Shown: in pieces, positions 38,779-48,064 of the stretch
Position numbering within the stretch: the first letter of the stretch is position 1
Layout of the letters: each line of letters starts with the position of its first letter
IMG/VR virus record: IMGVR_UViG_3300007770_000001
Direction: 5' to 3' (one strand)
Length of the DNA: 64,000 nt
From: a virus
Taxonomy: Duplodnaviria; Caudoviricetes
Program-made: the position numbers and the translations under genes
The notes under the pieces: generated by a model
What the model saw: only the letters and a program-made list of their open reading frames with translations
Told to the model about the DNA's origin: nothing
The model's database searches: none

Positions 38779-39144
38779 ATGATCACTCAGGTAGGCAAGA
38801 AGTCCGACGGGAAGGGCTGGTACCCAGTCACAGGGAACCGCCATCCGATTGGGTCTGTGAAGCGCATCCGGACCAAGTGGGCGGCGCGCACCCCGGACCC
38901 CCAGACCCGCACGGGTTTCGCCACTCGAGGGGAGGCTGTGGCGTTCCTGGTGTCGGAATCGGCCTCTCGCATCCCCGCCGAACCGACACCCAAGGCAACC
39001 ACCTGGACTGATGTCTCCCATGAGGGGACGATGGTCGGTCAGGTGATCTGCCTTTCCAACGGGACCTGGCGCTCCCGGACTCTCTCGGGGAAGGAGAAGA
39101 TCAACATCGCCTCCTATGCCGAGGCGAAGGCTTCCCTGCTGTAG
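38779..39144 (+). CDS. Hypothetical protein
   Basis: ATG 38779 in ORF 38722..39144. Confidence 0.6.
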   Translation: MITQVGKKSDGKGWYPVTGNRHPIGSVKRIRTKWAARTPDPQTRTGFATRGEAVAFLVSESASRIPAEPTPKATTWTDVSHEGTMVGQVICLSNGTWRSRTLSGKEKINIASYAEAKASLL

Positions 39145-39181
39145 AGTTCTATCTCCGGTAACCTCCTTCCCGGAGGTCGAT

Positions 39182-39820
39182 ATGCCGGAAGCTGCTCTCC
39201 CCGAAGTCGCGATCAGACACAAGAAACAGCTGGCGGTGATGAGGGGCTGGCTGGAGGGACGTCGCTACTTCAAGGCGATGGATGCTCTGGAGTTCGTCCG
39301 TGGTCTCGAGAGAGGAACACGGAAGGACGGTGAGACCCCCAAGTTCCACCATCAGCTGTCCATTGCACGGCTGATCTCTACGCTCATCCCGCACCTGATC
39401 TATCCAGAGGAGACTCTGGCGGTGGCCTTCCTCCACGACACCAGAGAGGACCACCACGAGCAGGTGACCCATGATGTCCTGTTCGACAAGTTCGGATCTC
39501 TGGTCGCTGACGCCGTTTGGTTGCTGACCAAGAAGTGTGGGGGGCTCGTCAAGTCCCCGGAGACCTACTACAAGGCCATCGCAGGGTGTCCCATTGCTTC
39601 CATTGTGAAGCCGGGGGACCGCGCCCACAACCTCCAGACGATGGATGGGGTATTCACTCCGGAGAAACAGCTTCGGTACGTGGCCGAGGTCGAAGCCCAC
39701 TACTGGGATCTCATCCGCACCGCGCGCAGGCTCTTTCCTCGTCAGTATGGGGCCTACGAGAACCTCAAGATCCTGCTGCGCTGTCAGACGCGTCTGATTC
39801 GGAGAATACATGAAGCCTGA
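39182..39820 (+). CDS. RelA/SpoT-type HD hydrolase (small alarmone hydrolase, Mesh1-like)
   Basis: RKDG-x-TP-x-x-x-H, LHD-x-x-ED, V-x-x-AV-x-LLTK, K-x-x-DR-x-HNL; GGAGG RBS. Confidence 0.85.
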   Translation: MPEAALPEVAIRHKKQLAVMRGWLEGRRYFKAMDALEFVRGLERGTRKDGETPKFHHQLSIARLISTLIPHLIYPEETLAVAFLHDTREDHHEQVTHDVLFDKFGSLVADAVWLLTKKCGGLVKSPETYYKAIAGCPIASIVKPGDRAHNLQTMDGVFTPEKQLRYVAEVEAHYWDLIRTARRLFPRQYGAYENLKILLRCQTRLIRRIHEA

Positions 39821-40076
39821 TCCCATCCCGATGCTCCTGTGGTGTCCTGCCTGCAGCGCCCGGCATATCGACGAGGGTGAGTTCGCGACCCGCCCCCACC
39901 ACACTCACGCCTGTCAGAGCTGCGGAATGGTCTGGCGCCCCGCTCTGGTTCCGACCTGTGGGGTTCAGTTCCTGCCCGGGTTCAAGGACGCAGAGAAGTG
40001 CAAGCTCTGCACGAACCCTGTCTCCAACCAGGAGTACGGGCTCTGTGCTGACCATCTGGCGGCGGGTCCCGGATGA
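39810..40076 (+). CDS. Small zinc-ribbon protein
   Basis: CPAC...H...CQSC and CKLC...C-x-x-H. Confidence 0.6.
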   Translation: MKPDPIPMLLWCPACSARHIDEGEFATRPHHTHACQSCGMVWRPALVPTCGVQFLPGFKDAEKCKLCTNPVSNQEYGLCADHLAAGPG

Positions 40077-40210
40077 GGAAGGGATACGGGAGGGACCGCA
40101 TCCCGAAAGAGAACCCATTCTGGACGTTGGCGAAGAGTCTGACCAACACCTGGGGTGGCGACGATCCTGACAACACCATTTTTCCCTACCCGCACCATCC
40201 ACAACGATAA
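40073..40210 (+). CDS. Very small hypothetical protein (45 aa)
   Basis: ATGA overlap with the previous stop; fills the gap. Confidence 0.35.
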   Translation: MRKGYGRDRIPKENPFWTLAKSLTNTWGGDDPDNTIFPYPHHPQR

Positions 40211-40238
40211 CGTGTGGAACTGGGACTGAGAAAGCCCC

Positions 40239-40523
40239 ATGAGCGAGATCCCAGACCTCCGACTGAACATCCTACTTGGCCAGGCTCTCACCCAGAATGC
40301 GAGACTGGAGGACGACTACTTTTTCGCCCGGTTCGGCTGGAAGATCTCCAAGCTCCGCGAGATCGAGATGCTGGTCGCCCGGTACTCCACCAGCGACACT
40401 CTGACTCCTGAGGGAGAGCGCGAGAGGGATCAGCTGATCACCAACTACAAGGAGGTCTGGCGTCCTCGCCGGCTCCACATCGAGAGGATCAAGAACGGTA
40501 TCCGCGATCTACAGAAGGGCTGA
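40239..40523 (+). CDS. Hypothetical protein
   Basis: 94 aa helical ORF. Confidence 0.6.
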   Translation: MSEIPDLRLNILLGQALTQNARLEDDYFFARFGWKISKLREIEMLVARYSTSDTLTPEGERERDQLITNYKEVWRPRRLHIERIKNGIRDLQKG

Positions 40524-40528
40524 GACCC

Positions 40529-40558
40529 AGGTTTCTACTCGACCGGTTCCGACGTAAC
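40529..40558 (+). promoter_or_regulatory. Phage promoter motif
   Basis: AGGTTT-N16-GACGTAAC, then TAAGGAGG and ATG 40581. Confidence 0.8.
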
Positions 40559-40580
40559 TCTTGTGTAAGGAGGCAGGAAC

Positions 40581-41057
40581 ATGGAAATCTGTGGATACCG
40601 GAACCGTCGTGGAGCTCTCGCGATTCGCGTGGACGATGATGGGCCCCTCGTTCTCGAGAACGGTCGCACCATTCCCGGCGAGCACCCCGCATGGGAATAC
40701 GACGACGATGTCGACATCTCTGAGTGCTCTGGGGACCAGATCGAGTACATCATGGCTCTCTCCCACGAGGAGGAGCGCGCAGAGAGCATCCGCCGCGCGA
40801 AGGCCGCGGAGGCCCGGCGCAACCTGATGACCAGCTACGTCAAGACGGTCGCCACCAGGGGTCTCTCTGTCACGGACAGCGAGTACCCCAAGGGCCGGGA
40901 AGTTCTCCAGGAGCTCGTCTCCGAGAGTGATGCTCGCGGGATCCTCGAGGCAGGCGCGCAGAAGGATCGCGAGATCCAGGCCCACCGGGATCAGGCGTGG
41001 GATCGTATGCTCTCTGGGATGGAGAACCTGATCACGGTGCTGTCCCAGGCGCGGTAA
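40581..41057 (+). CDS. Hypothetical protein
   Basis: 158 aa with perfect RBS and promoter. Confidence 0.75.
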   Translation: MEICGYRNRRGALAIRVDDDGPLVLENGRTIPGEHPAWEYDDDVDISECSGDQIEYIMALSHEEERAESIRRAKAAEARRNLMTSYVKTVATRGLSVTDSEYPKGREVLQELVSESDARGILEAGAQKDREIQAHRDQAWDRMLSGMENLITVLSQAR

Positions 41058-41069
41058 CGGATTCCACTG

Positions 41070-41870
41070 ATGTTGGGTTTTCTGGCTATTCTCAAGACCC
41101 CTTTCCGGGGGGAGCGGTCGGTGTCAATGGAGACCCCTTTTGACCTGATCTCACAACAAGCTGGGGATGACGACGGCCAGCCTCGGACCAACCCTCTCGA
41201 GGGAAGCTGGTTCGACCTCCATGTTCGCAGGAGCTGCGGCCCTCGGTGCACTCCCCGGTGCTACGACCATCGGGGAGTGCTCGCTCAGTTGCCCTCGCAG
41301 TATCGGATCCCATCGGCTCCGTTCATCCGATGGTGTCTGTCCAAGACACCATCGAGGCATCTGTCCCTTCCCTGGAAGCCTGCCCACAAGTCAGGGATGA
41401 AAATCACAGGAGACAACCCCTACCACACTGACTGGGTGGTAGGGGCGGGCGTTTCCCTTGCGATGGTGTATCGTGACCATGCCTTGAGCAAAGCCGCAGA
41501 CAGGGTTCGTCTGGAAGTGCAGCAAGAGATCTGTGGATTCAAGGCAGCGGTCCTATGTGGAAATGCTCGGACCTCCTACCTGGAAGTGGTGCACCCGGAG
41601 CCCGATCAAGAGCTGAGCTCCTCAGTCATCGCTGTCTGTCCCTACGCATCTCCTGAGTACTACATCCCTGCAGTCACAGCTGCGGCAACCATCGTAGAGG
41701 TAGGGGGCCCTCTCTCCCACCTCGCCTGTGTAGGGCGCTCAGAGGGAGTCTCAGTACTCCAGGTTGATGGGGCCCGCGCCTTGTACCCGGAGGGAACTCG
41801 GGTACGGGTAGACGCCCTTCGCGGACTCGTGGAGGTGGATTTCCTCTACGACTTCCGGAGACCTGTTTGA
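41070..41870 (+). CDS. Protein with stand-alone PEP-utilising-enzyme phosphohistidine (swivelling) domain
   Basis: C-terminal A-x-IVE-x-GG-x-LSHLA-x-VGR-x-x-GV...DGA...G-x-x-V-x-VD-x-x-x-G-x-V; start uncertain (41070 or 41126). Confidence 0.75.
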   Translation: MLGFLAILKTPFRGERSVSMETPFDLISQQAGDDDGQPRTNPLEGSWFDLHVRRSCGPRCTPRCYDHRGVLAQLPSQYRIPSAPFIRWCLSKTPSRHLSLPWKPAHKSGMKITGDNPYHTDWVVGAGVSLAMVYRDHALSKAADRVRLEVQQEICGFKAAVLCGNARTSYLEVVHPEPDQELSSSVIAVCPYASPEYYIPAVTAAATIVEVGGPLSHLACVGRSEGVSVLQVDGARALYPEGTRVRVDALRGLVEVDFLYDFRRPV

Positions 41871-42466
41871 CCACCTACACATATCTCGACACCGAGACCA
41901 CAGGACTCGACTTCCTGGTCAGCGAGATCATCGAGATCGCAATCATCCGCGTGGGCCCTCGCGGAGAGGAGTCCCGCTTCGAGACGAAGATCAAACCCAA
42001 GAACATCGAGGCAGCACACCCCCGCGCTCTCGAGGTCAACGGATACACAGAGGAGGCTTGGGCAGACGCCCCCCAACTTGAAGAGGCAGCCGAAGAGATC
42101 GCACACCACCTCCGGAAGTCTGCTCTGGTGGGACATAACGTCTCCTTCGATGAGGTTCTTCTCAAGGAGAACCTCAAGCGTGTGGGGATGGGTCATCTCA
42201 AGATCCCCTACCACAAGGTGGACACCATCACCTTGGTTCATGAGCACCTGTTTCCCCTCGGACTCCGGAGCGCCAGCTTCGATCGGGTCCGGGAGTTCTT
42301 GGGCTGGGAGGTCCGGAAAGTGCATCGGGCGATGGATGATGCCGAGGACGCCCGGAGACTCCACCTCTTGCTCCAGAGAGCCGGGGTATGGCGGAGATGC
42401 ACTATTCGGCTGGGGAGAGTATGGCGTTCACTTCGGGGGCAGATGTCCTCTCCTCGGACCACATAG
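41867..42466 (+). CDS. DEDDh 3'-5' exonuclease (DnaQ-like)
   Basis: LDTETTGLD, GHN-x-x-FD, DT, HRA-x-DD. Confidence 0.92.
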   Translation: MTTYTYLDTETTGLDFLVSEIIEIAIIRVGPRGEESRFETKIKPKNIEAAHPRALEVNGYTEEAWADAPQLEEAAEEIAHHLRKSALVGHNVSFDEVLLKENLKRVGMGHLKIPYHKVDTITLVHEHLFPLGLRSASFDRVREFLGWEVRKVHRAMDDAEDARRLHLLLQRAGVWRRCTIRLGRVWRSLRGQMSSPRTT

Positions 42467-42972
42467 AGAAGGCTCTCCTCGACCAGATCAACAAGAAAGT
42501 ATGGGGTCCTCTGGGCAACCCTCCTGGTTTCAAAACGAGAGTCCAGAGATTCGACAGCCCGTCTATGATGACACGGGGCTTCTGGATAGAGGTGGAAGTC
42601 GAAGGCCGCGCTCGGGTGGGGACCCGAGTCGAGTTCTCTCATCTTGCGTTGAGCCGGCTAAGCGCCACGGATCTGGGCCAGGCTCTCAAGAACCAGGTCA
42701 TCGGGGGAATGCTAAAGAACTTCCCTCCTCGTCTGTACGAGTATGATCCCCGGAAGGGAACGGCTCGTATCGTCGGGAACATCTGTGATGAGGTGCTGGC
42801 CTGTCCAATCATAGATCCACCCCCAGGGGTCCGGAACCCGCTCGTTTTCGTGGACACCAAGGACCTCTGGAACCACTGCGCGACCTGTGATGTAGGATTC
42901 TCTCACGGGGAGGTGGTGTATTGGAGGGGTGGGTTTCTGCTCTGGGGATGTGCCCTCTGCACGCACGGTTGA
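42421..42972 (+). CDS. Hypothetical protein with C-terminal Cys motifs
   Basis: ATG 42421 with GGGGAG upstream; CATC...CALC. Confidence 0.55.
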   Translation: MAFTSGADVLSSDHIEKALLDQINKKVWGPLGNPPGFKTRVQRFDSPSMMTRGFWIEVEVEGRARVGTRVEFSHLALSRLSATDLGQALKNQVIGGMLKNFPPRLYEYDPRKGTARIVGNICDEVLACPIIDPPPGVRNPLVFVDTKDLWNHCATCDVGFSHGEVVYWRGGFLLWGCALCTHG

Positions 42973-43012
42973 CTCCCTATCGGGGGCTCCTGGGTGTCCA
43001 AGGAGCTGTCAG

Positions 43013-43390
43013 ATGTCCGAAGAGCACCGTTTCAAAGTGTCTGTGGAGCGTGTTGCTCAGATGCACCGTGCTGCCACCGCCCCTCGGGTGGTGGTGATCG
43101 ACATCTGGTCCAACCCAGGATACGAGAGGGAATACCAGGGTCCCCCCGGACATCTGGTGAAGCGCCAGATCGACCGGTACAGCATGTTCTCCGGGGGGTC
43201 TTGGAAGTTCTCCAAGACCTTCGATACCAAGAGGGAGGCGGAAGTCGCAGGGGAGAAGCTGAAGCGGGACTTCCAGAACAGGAACTGGCCTGGAGGGATG
43301 GCCGACTTCCCGGTGGTCATCGGATGGGATCACGGCGACGGATTCATCGAGTACCAGGCAGCGGTGAGCACGTATCTCTCTTGGTCGTAG
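43013..43390 (+). CDS. Hypothetical protein
   Basis: ATG 43013 with AAGGAG RBS. Confidence 0.7.
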   Translation: MSEEHRFKVSVERVAQMHRAATAPRVVVIDIWSNPGYEREYQGPPGHLVKRQIDRYSMFSGGSWKFSKTFDTKREAEVAGEKLKRDFQNRNWPGGMADFPVVIGWDHGDGFIEYQAAVSTYLSWS

Positions 43391-43406
43391 TCGGGTAACT
43401 ACGACC
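43383..43406. terminator. 9-bp perfect hairpin at gene end (no U-tract)
   Basis: GGTCGTAGT-cgggta-ACTACGACC overlapping the TAG stop. Confidence 0.4.
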
Positions 43407-43493
43407 CTCCAGAACGTAAACCTTCCGGGTAGTTAGGCTCCTGGAGGACTGCATTTACCTCTGACCGGGTAACCCTCAGAAAGAGGGGGTTCC

Positions 43494-44036
43494 GTGACGA
43501 GGAAGTTGAGGCCGGTGGAGATCCCGCTTCCCGAGGACATCCAGGAAGCTGTGTTGGGCCTCCCGGTGAACGGTGATCTGGGAACCACCACCGTGGGCGA
43601 ACTCCTCAGGAAGGCCCAGACCTATATGGATCTGGCAGAGGATGCTGTCCAAAAGAACCCTCTCCTTCAGGTAGCGGCAACGCATCTGATGCAGAAGGAG
43701 AACCGACGGGGGACCCCGGAGATACAGATAGGTCTGGGAGGCACTGTCTCCCTGGTCGTCCGGTACAATGGTGTCTCGGAGGAACCCCCGAGAACGCCCC
43801 TCCCCTCCCTCGGGGTTCTCCGGGAGATCGCAGCCAAAAACGGAGTGGACATCTCAGATCTGGGCCGGAAGAAGACGGAGATCCTCGAGCGCCTCCGGAA
43901 GTCCGGTATCTCCGCTATCTCTTCTCCCACACCGGAGGCTTCTTGGCAGAGTTCGGCTACTGGCAGTTCGGAAAGAGAAACGGACTCAAAGGTGTCGCAG
44001 ACACTTCCTACGAGCTCCCCGACGGGAGAATCGTAG
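43494..44036 (+). CDS. Hypothetical protein with SAP/HeH-like motif
   Basis: LPSLGVLREIAAKNGVDISDLGRKKTEILERL; the last ~45 aa look non-coding. Confidence 0.55.
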   Translation: MTRKLRPVEIPLPEDIQEAVLGLPVNGDLGTTTVGELLRKAQTYMDLAEDAVQKNPLLQVAATHLMQKENRRGTPEIQIGLGGTVSLVVRYNGVSEEPPRTPLPSLGVLREIAAKNGVDISDLGRKKTEILERLRKSGISAISSPTPEASWQSSATGSSERETDSKVSQTLPTSSPTGES

Positions 44037-44275
44037 TTGTCAAGGATCCTAACAACCCTGCGGTCATGTCCGATCAGGACATCCTCTGGGCCCTCTCTCA
44101 CTCACGCCGTGCCCGCTTCGACTTCGAGAAGCTGTTCCCAGATCTTGACGCAGATAGCCAGGACCGACTCACCACCCTTCTCAACCAGAACCCACGATAC
44201 AAGAGCCTGGTAGGGGATGACCAAGCCTTCGCTGATGCGATTCAGAAGAAGGAAGTTACCTCAGGTGTCCGGTAA
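43943..44275 (+). CDS. Hypothetical protein (start uncertain)
   Basis: TTG with GGAGG 4 nt upstream; overlaps the previous ORF. Confidence 0.55.
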   Translation: MAEFGYWQFGKRNGLKGVADTSYELPDGRIVVVKDPNNPAVMSDQDILWALSHSRRARFDFEKLFPDLDADSQDRLTTLLNQNPRYKSLVGDDQAFADAIQKKEVTSGVR

Positions 44276-44287
44276 GGAGTACCAGAT

Positions 44288-44764
44288 ATGAGACGACGCA
44301 AGCTCAACCTTCGGATCAGCCCCGACATCCACAAGAAGCGGGATGCTGCTCGTGCGGCGAAGGATGCGGCCAAGAAGAAGGGAGAGCAGAAGGCTCGACA
44401 GGCCGCCAAGGAAGCGCGTCTGAAGAAGGAGTCCGCACCGGCCCCCGAACCCGATCCAACTCCTGAGCCTGTCGTCGAGCCCACACCGGAGTCGGTCGTC
44501 GAGGATGCGCCTGAGCCTGAGATCGAGGAACCGACCCCCGAACCGGAGGTCTCCGAGGATCCCGAGCCTGCTCCCGAGATTGAGGAGCCGGTGACTCCGG
44601 GGCCGAATCTCTCCATCGTCAACGGATCTATCACCAGCATCCGGGCAGCCCTCGAGACCGGCGAGTACGACGGACACCTTGAGGAGCTTCTGAGCGCTGA
44701 GAAGGCGAACAAGGACCGGAAGGGGGCCAAGGAGGCCATCGAAGCTCGGATCGCCAAGGTCTGA
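44288..44764 (+). CDS. Protein with basic N-terminus, Pro/Glu linker and C-terminal helical domain
   Basis: PEP-rich spacer; ends LEELLSAEKANKDRKGAKEAIEARI; AAGGAG RBS. Confidence 0.7.
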   Translation: MRRRKLNLRISPDIHKKRDAARAAKDAAKKKGEQKARQAAKEARLKKESAPAPEPDPTPEPVVEPTPESVVEDAPEPEIEEPTPEPEVSEDPEPAPEIEEPVTPGPNLSIVNGSITSIRAALETGEYDGHLEELLSAEKANKDRKGAKEAIEARIAKV

Positions 44765-44768
44765 GACC

Positions 44769-45173
44769 GTGCGCGGCCGGATAGAGATGTTCTCCCGTGA
44801 CGCCATGTACGGGAAATGTCTCTCCGGACGAACCTCCCACCACTTCCATGCCCTGTCCTTCCGTAGATTGAAGACAGGAGGCCCCTTTCCTATCGTAGGG
44901 GAGGAGGTGGAGATAGAGATCCAGTTCGGGAAGGTGTTCTCTGTACACCGTCTGGAGGAGCCCGAGGTCTTGACAGGAGAGGTGATCTCCTTCTGGGACG
45001 GGTCTGGGTGGATCAAAGTGGACAACAGCCCGCGATACTTCCTCCACGGAAGCGAGGTGGTATCTGGAGTACCCTATCCCGGTGCTCGGGTACGATTCTT
45101 TCGAGGACACCGGAACTTCCAGCCACGCGCCTGCTGGGTAGAGGTCCTCCAGGGGTCTTATGTCTCAGGATAG
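44769..45173 (+). CDS. Cold-shock/OB-fold-like protein
   Basis: G-x-V-x-SF...GWI...YFLH-x-SEV...G-x-RV-x-F...PRA-x-x-V resembles a CSD; a second degenerate OB fold is N-terminal. Confidence 0.55.
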   Translation: MRGRIEMFSRDAMYGKCLSGRTSHHFHALSFRRLKTGGPFPIVGEEVEIEIQFGKVFSVHRLEEPEVLTGEVISFWDGSGWIKVDNSPRYFLHGSEVVSGVPYPGARVRFFRGHRNFQPRACWVEVLQGSYVSG

Positions 45174-45747
45174 GAACAGGTTCGGCGGGAAGAATCCACA
45201 CGGTGGGTACACCCCCATGTCAGAGGATGAGCAGGAGGTCCTGGAGAGGCTGATTGCGTCCCGAGACCTCCACGTCCATCTCGTAGGTTGGGGGATCATC
45301 CACTCCCCCCACATCACGTTTGGAGATCTCCGGGTCAATATCCCGATCCAGATCACGTTCTCCGCCCCTGACGTACCTGTCCTGGTCCACTACTTCGACC
45401 TGGAACTCCGCACCGGCTCGGGCATCCTCTTGTTCGCGCAGCGCCAGTCAACTGTGTACAATCACCAGCCATTGGCCATTGGCACAGGAACAGTCCTGAC
45501 CATGGTGTGGCACATCGCTATCCAGGACATGGATCCCAAACTGGTCAAGGCCATCAAGCCCGGAGCTATCGGCCTCACCTCACGTTGGATCGACCGAGAT
45601 ACCGGGGAGAAGACCCAGCTGGGGAACACGAGGATGACCTCTGAGGACCGGCTGGCTCTCCAGAACCTTCGCCAATGGGAACAGATTTCCCGCCAGGACA
45701 CTCTCCAGCAAGCAGCGAAGGCCACCAAGAAGGCTGGGGGATCCTGA
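45160..45747 (+). CDS. Hypothetical protein
   Basis: 195 aa ORF. Confidence 0.65.
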   Translation: MSQDRNRFGGKNPHGGYTPMSEDEQEVLERLIASRDLHVHLVGWGIIHSPHITFGDLRVNIPIQITFSAPDVPVLVHYFDLELRTGSGILLFAQRQSTVYNHQPLAIGTGTVLTMVWHIAIQDMDPKLVKAIKPGAIGLTSRWIDRDTGEKTQLGNTRMTSEDRLALQNLRQWEQISRQDTLQQAAKATKKAGGS

Positions 45748-45788
45748 GGCGCGGTAACTGGGGCTGAACCCAACCCCCAGGTGCCCCA

Positions 45789-46118
45789 ATGGCCTCCGTC
45801 GCTCCGATCAGCCCCAACGACATCACTCCCGCCAAGAAGTTGGCTCTCCCCGACGAGGTGGTCGAGGCGTTCAACCACCTCCTGGCGAAGAATTTCTCTG
45901 GGGGTCGGGCTCGGATCACCCAGAACGAGGCAATCGCGGAGATCCAGCGTCGTTGGCTCCAGAATCACAGCGCAGAGCTCGGACGACACGACATCTTCGA
46001 CCGCCGCTGGCTGGACGTCGAGCCTCTCTACCGGGAGCAGGGCTGGGAAGTCTCCTACGACAAGCCTGGCTACAACGAGCGTTATGGGGCGTACTTCATC
46101 TTCAGCAGAGGCAAGTAG
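45789..46118 (+). CDS. Hypothetical protein
   Basis: 109 aa; ends GW-x-V-x-YDKPGYNE. Confidence 0.7.
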   Translation: MASVAPISPNDITPAKKLALPDEVVEAFNHLLAKNFSGGRARITQNEAIAEIQRRWLQNHSAELGRHDIFDRRWLDVEPLYREQGWEVSYDKPGYNERYGAYFIFSRGK

Positions 46119-46406
46119 ATGTCCCAAGGAAGAAACTACACGGCAGGGGAACGCGCGGTCGCGCTCCTCGGCGTCCTGGCAGGGAAGACGGACGAGGAGA
46201 TCCAGGAGGTCCTGACCAAGGACCAGACTCGAACCGGCGCCACGCTCCGGGAAGTCTCCTCGAACTCATTGGCCATGCTGCGTCGCTCCTACCTCCCGAA
46301 GCTCTTCCCTGGGGTCTCAGGAGACCAGGAGAGGTGGGAGATCGCCTGGGGCCACATCACGAACCCGAAGACCCTGGGCGACCTCTCCCGCGATGAGTCT
46401 GTTTGA
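46119..46406 (+). CDS. Hypothetical protein
   Basis: 95 aa, abuts the previous stop. Confidence 0.65.
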   Translation: MSQGRNYTAGERAVALLGVLAGKTDEEIQEVLTKDQTRTGATLREVSSNSLAMLRRSYLPKLFPGVSGDQERWEIAWGHITNPKTLGDLSRDESV

Positions 46407-46686
46407 TCAGATCACAGGCCAACCTGCGGCCACCAAAGTCCGGGCTCACCTGTGGCTGTACCACAAGATCAAGGGAGTCCGTGCTCTTGGAGGCCCTCCG
46501 TTCCTGACTCTTGGGGAAGCGGAACAGGTACTCCGAAGCCATACAGGACTCCCCCTCGTGTTCAAGACTCCAGTAGGCGACGTGATGAAGCGCGTTTACG
46601 TTGAGAAGCTCAACGTCGCGGTAACTCTTCGAGAGGATGGCACAGTGCTGTCTGAGGCGCGGCTACCTCTGGAGTACGGGACATGA
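46393..46686 (+). CDS. Hypothetical protein
   Basis: 97 aa, coupled. Confidence 0.6.
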   Translation: MSLFDQITGQPAATKVRAHLWLYHKIKGVRALGGPPFLTLGEAEQVLRSHTGLPLVFKTPVGDVMKRVYVEKLNVAVTLREDGTVLSEARLPLEYGT

Positions 46687-47480
46687 ACCAAGCGAGTCGG
46701 TCGGAGCTTCTCAAATCCTTGGAATGGTCGGGATCTCGCACTCTATGGAGCGTCGCTGGGGAGCCTCATACGGAGGTCTCCTGCTGTCCTCGTTGCCGAG
46801 GCTTTGAGACAGTCCCCTCTCACTTCAAGGTGGGGGGCCCCCACTCCGGGTTCGCTACCGTGAATACACATCCGGACCATCTCGATGAGGTGGGGCACCA
46901 GGATGACTGTTCGTTGGCAGAGGCCATCAAGTCTCTGGAGACCGAACCTCAGATCTCCGAAGTCCTGACCCGCTCCTTCTGCGCCCTCACTGAGATGTGG
47001 GGCCGTCGCTACGACACTCCCTCAGATGATATCCCCGAGGTCTCCGAGGGAGAGCCCTTCGGTGCTCCTGTTGCGGTAGACGTGGGTCTTCTGGCAGAAG
47101 CCCAGACCCATCTGTTCGAGGTGGTCAAACACCTCCTCCCGGAGCTCTACGCGCAGATGACGAACGGAGGGGCTCCGGATGTTCCTCTTGCCAGGCCCCA
47201 AGAGAATCTGGTCGATTTGGACAAGCACCGGATCCAGACGGAGCTCGAGTTCCCCGACGAACAGGTCGCCTATGCCGAGTTCCTCTGGGGCCGCACCACC
47301 TTCGGGTACAACCTGGCGATACGGGATCTGGAGCAGATGCGCAGAGGGAAGGATGACGGGTCTCTCCGGCCTCCGGAGACGTATCACGAGATCTTTCACC
47401 TGATCCGGAATCTCCGAGAGATGGCCTCCCACATCGCGCAGACCTACGGGTTGGAACCCATCCCAGAGGAGAAAGGCTGA
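46683..47480 (+). CDS. Hypothetical protein with CPxC...HxxDC motif
   Basis: 265 aa, coupled. Confidence 0.65.
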   Translation: MNQASRSELLKSLEWSGSRTLWSVAGEPHTEVSCCPRCRGFETVPSHFKVGGPHSGFATVNTHPDHLDEVGHQDDCSLAEAIKSLETEPQISEVLTRSFCALTEMWGRRYDTPSDDIPEVSEGEPFGAPVAVDVGLLAEAQTHLFEVVKHLLPELYAQMTNGGAPDVPLARPQENLVDLDKHRIQTELEFPDEQVAYAEFLWGRTTFGYNLAIRDLEQMRRGKDDGSLRPPETYHEIFHLIRNLREMASHIAQTYGLEPIPEEKG

Positions 47481-48064
47481 TGTACTCTACTTGGAAGGAG
47501 GGCCGCCTCACGAGGGGGGTCGTGACCCTCGATTGCTGCGGGGGGGTCTTGAACCACCTGACTGTGATCCTGGCCTACCATCCTGGAGATATCAGCGATA
47601 AGCCTGCCGTCATCCGAGAGGCTCCCGCAGGCCTGAGTTGGGGCTGGTCCGAGGATATTGCTCCTTTCCCGAAGGGCCATCCAGACCACCACAAGTCTCC
47701 GATGCGTGTCTGGCTGGATTCTCTCCCCGAGGAAGCCAAGAAGGAGACCATCTTCGAGCGCGCGACCCCGTATTGGAAGGCCCGCCCTGCGGTTGAGGTC
47801 AGTTCCCTCCTGTGGCGGAACAAGGAGCACTACAAGGAGCCCCTCCCTTCGGCGAAGTTCTGCCCTCACTGCGGAACCCCAGTCCCCGAGATACAACGTA
47901 CCGACAACCTCATAGGCCCTGTCTACAAGCCGTCCGCGGATGGGGACTACTGCGCGACCTGCGAGAGCCGAAGCGGATGTTGCTCATGTCTCCCCCCAAC
48001 ATTCCTCTGGGAGACAGTTCGTCCCGAGGTTACCCGCCAAACGGAGCCTTCTGATGGCACGTAA
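47480..48064 (+). CDS. Hypothetical protein with C-terminal zinc ribbon
   Basis: FCPHCG and C-x-x-C...C-x-C motifs. Confidence 0.6.
   Translation: MYSTWKEGRLTRGVVTLDCCGGVLNHLTVILAYHPGDISDKPAVIREAPAGLSWGWSEDIAPFPKGHPDHHKSPMRVWLDSLPEEAKKETIFERATPYWKARPAVEVSSLLWRNKEHYKEPLPSAKFCPHCGTPVPEIQRTDNLIGPVYKPSADGDYCATCESRSGCCSCLPPTFLWETVRPEVTRQTEPSDGT

Noticed and set aside
44400-44600. Repetitive Pro/Glu-coding DNA as a tandem repeat or contingency locus
   Set aside because: Repeats are imperfect at the DNA level and are explained by a low-complexity protein linker.
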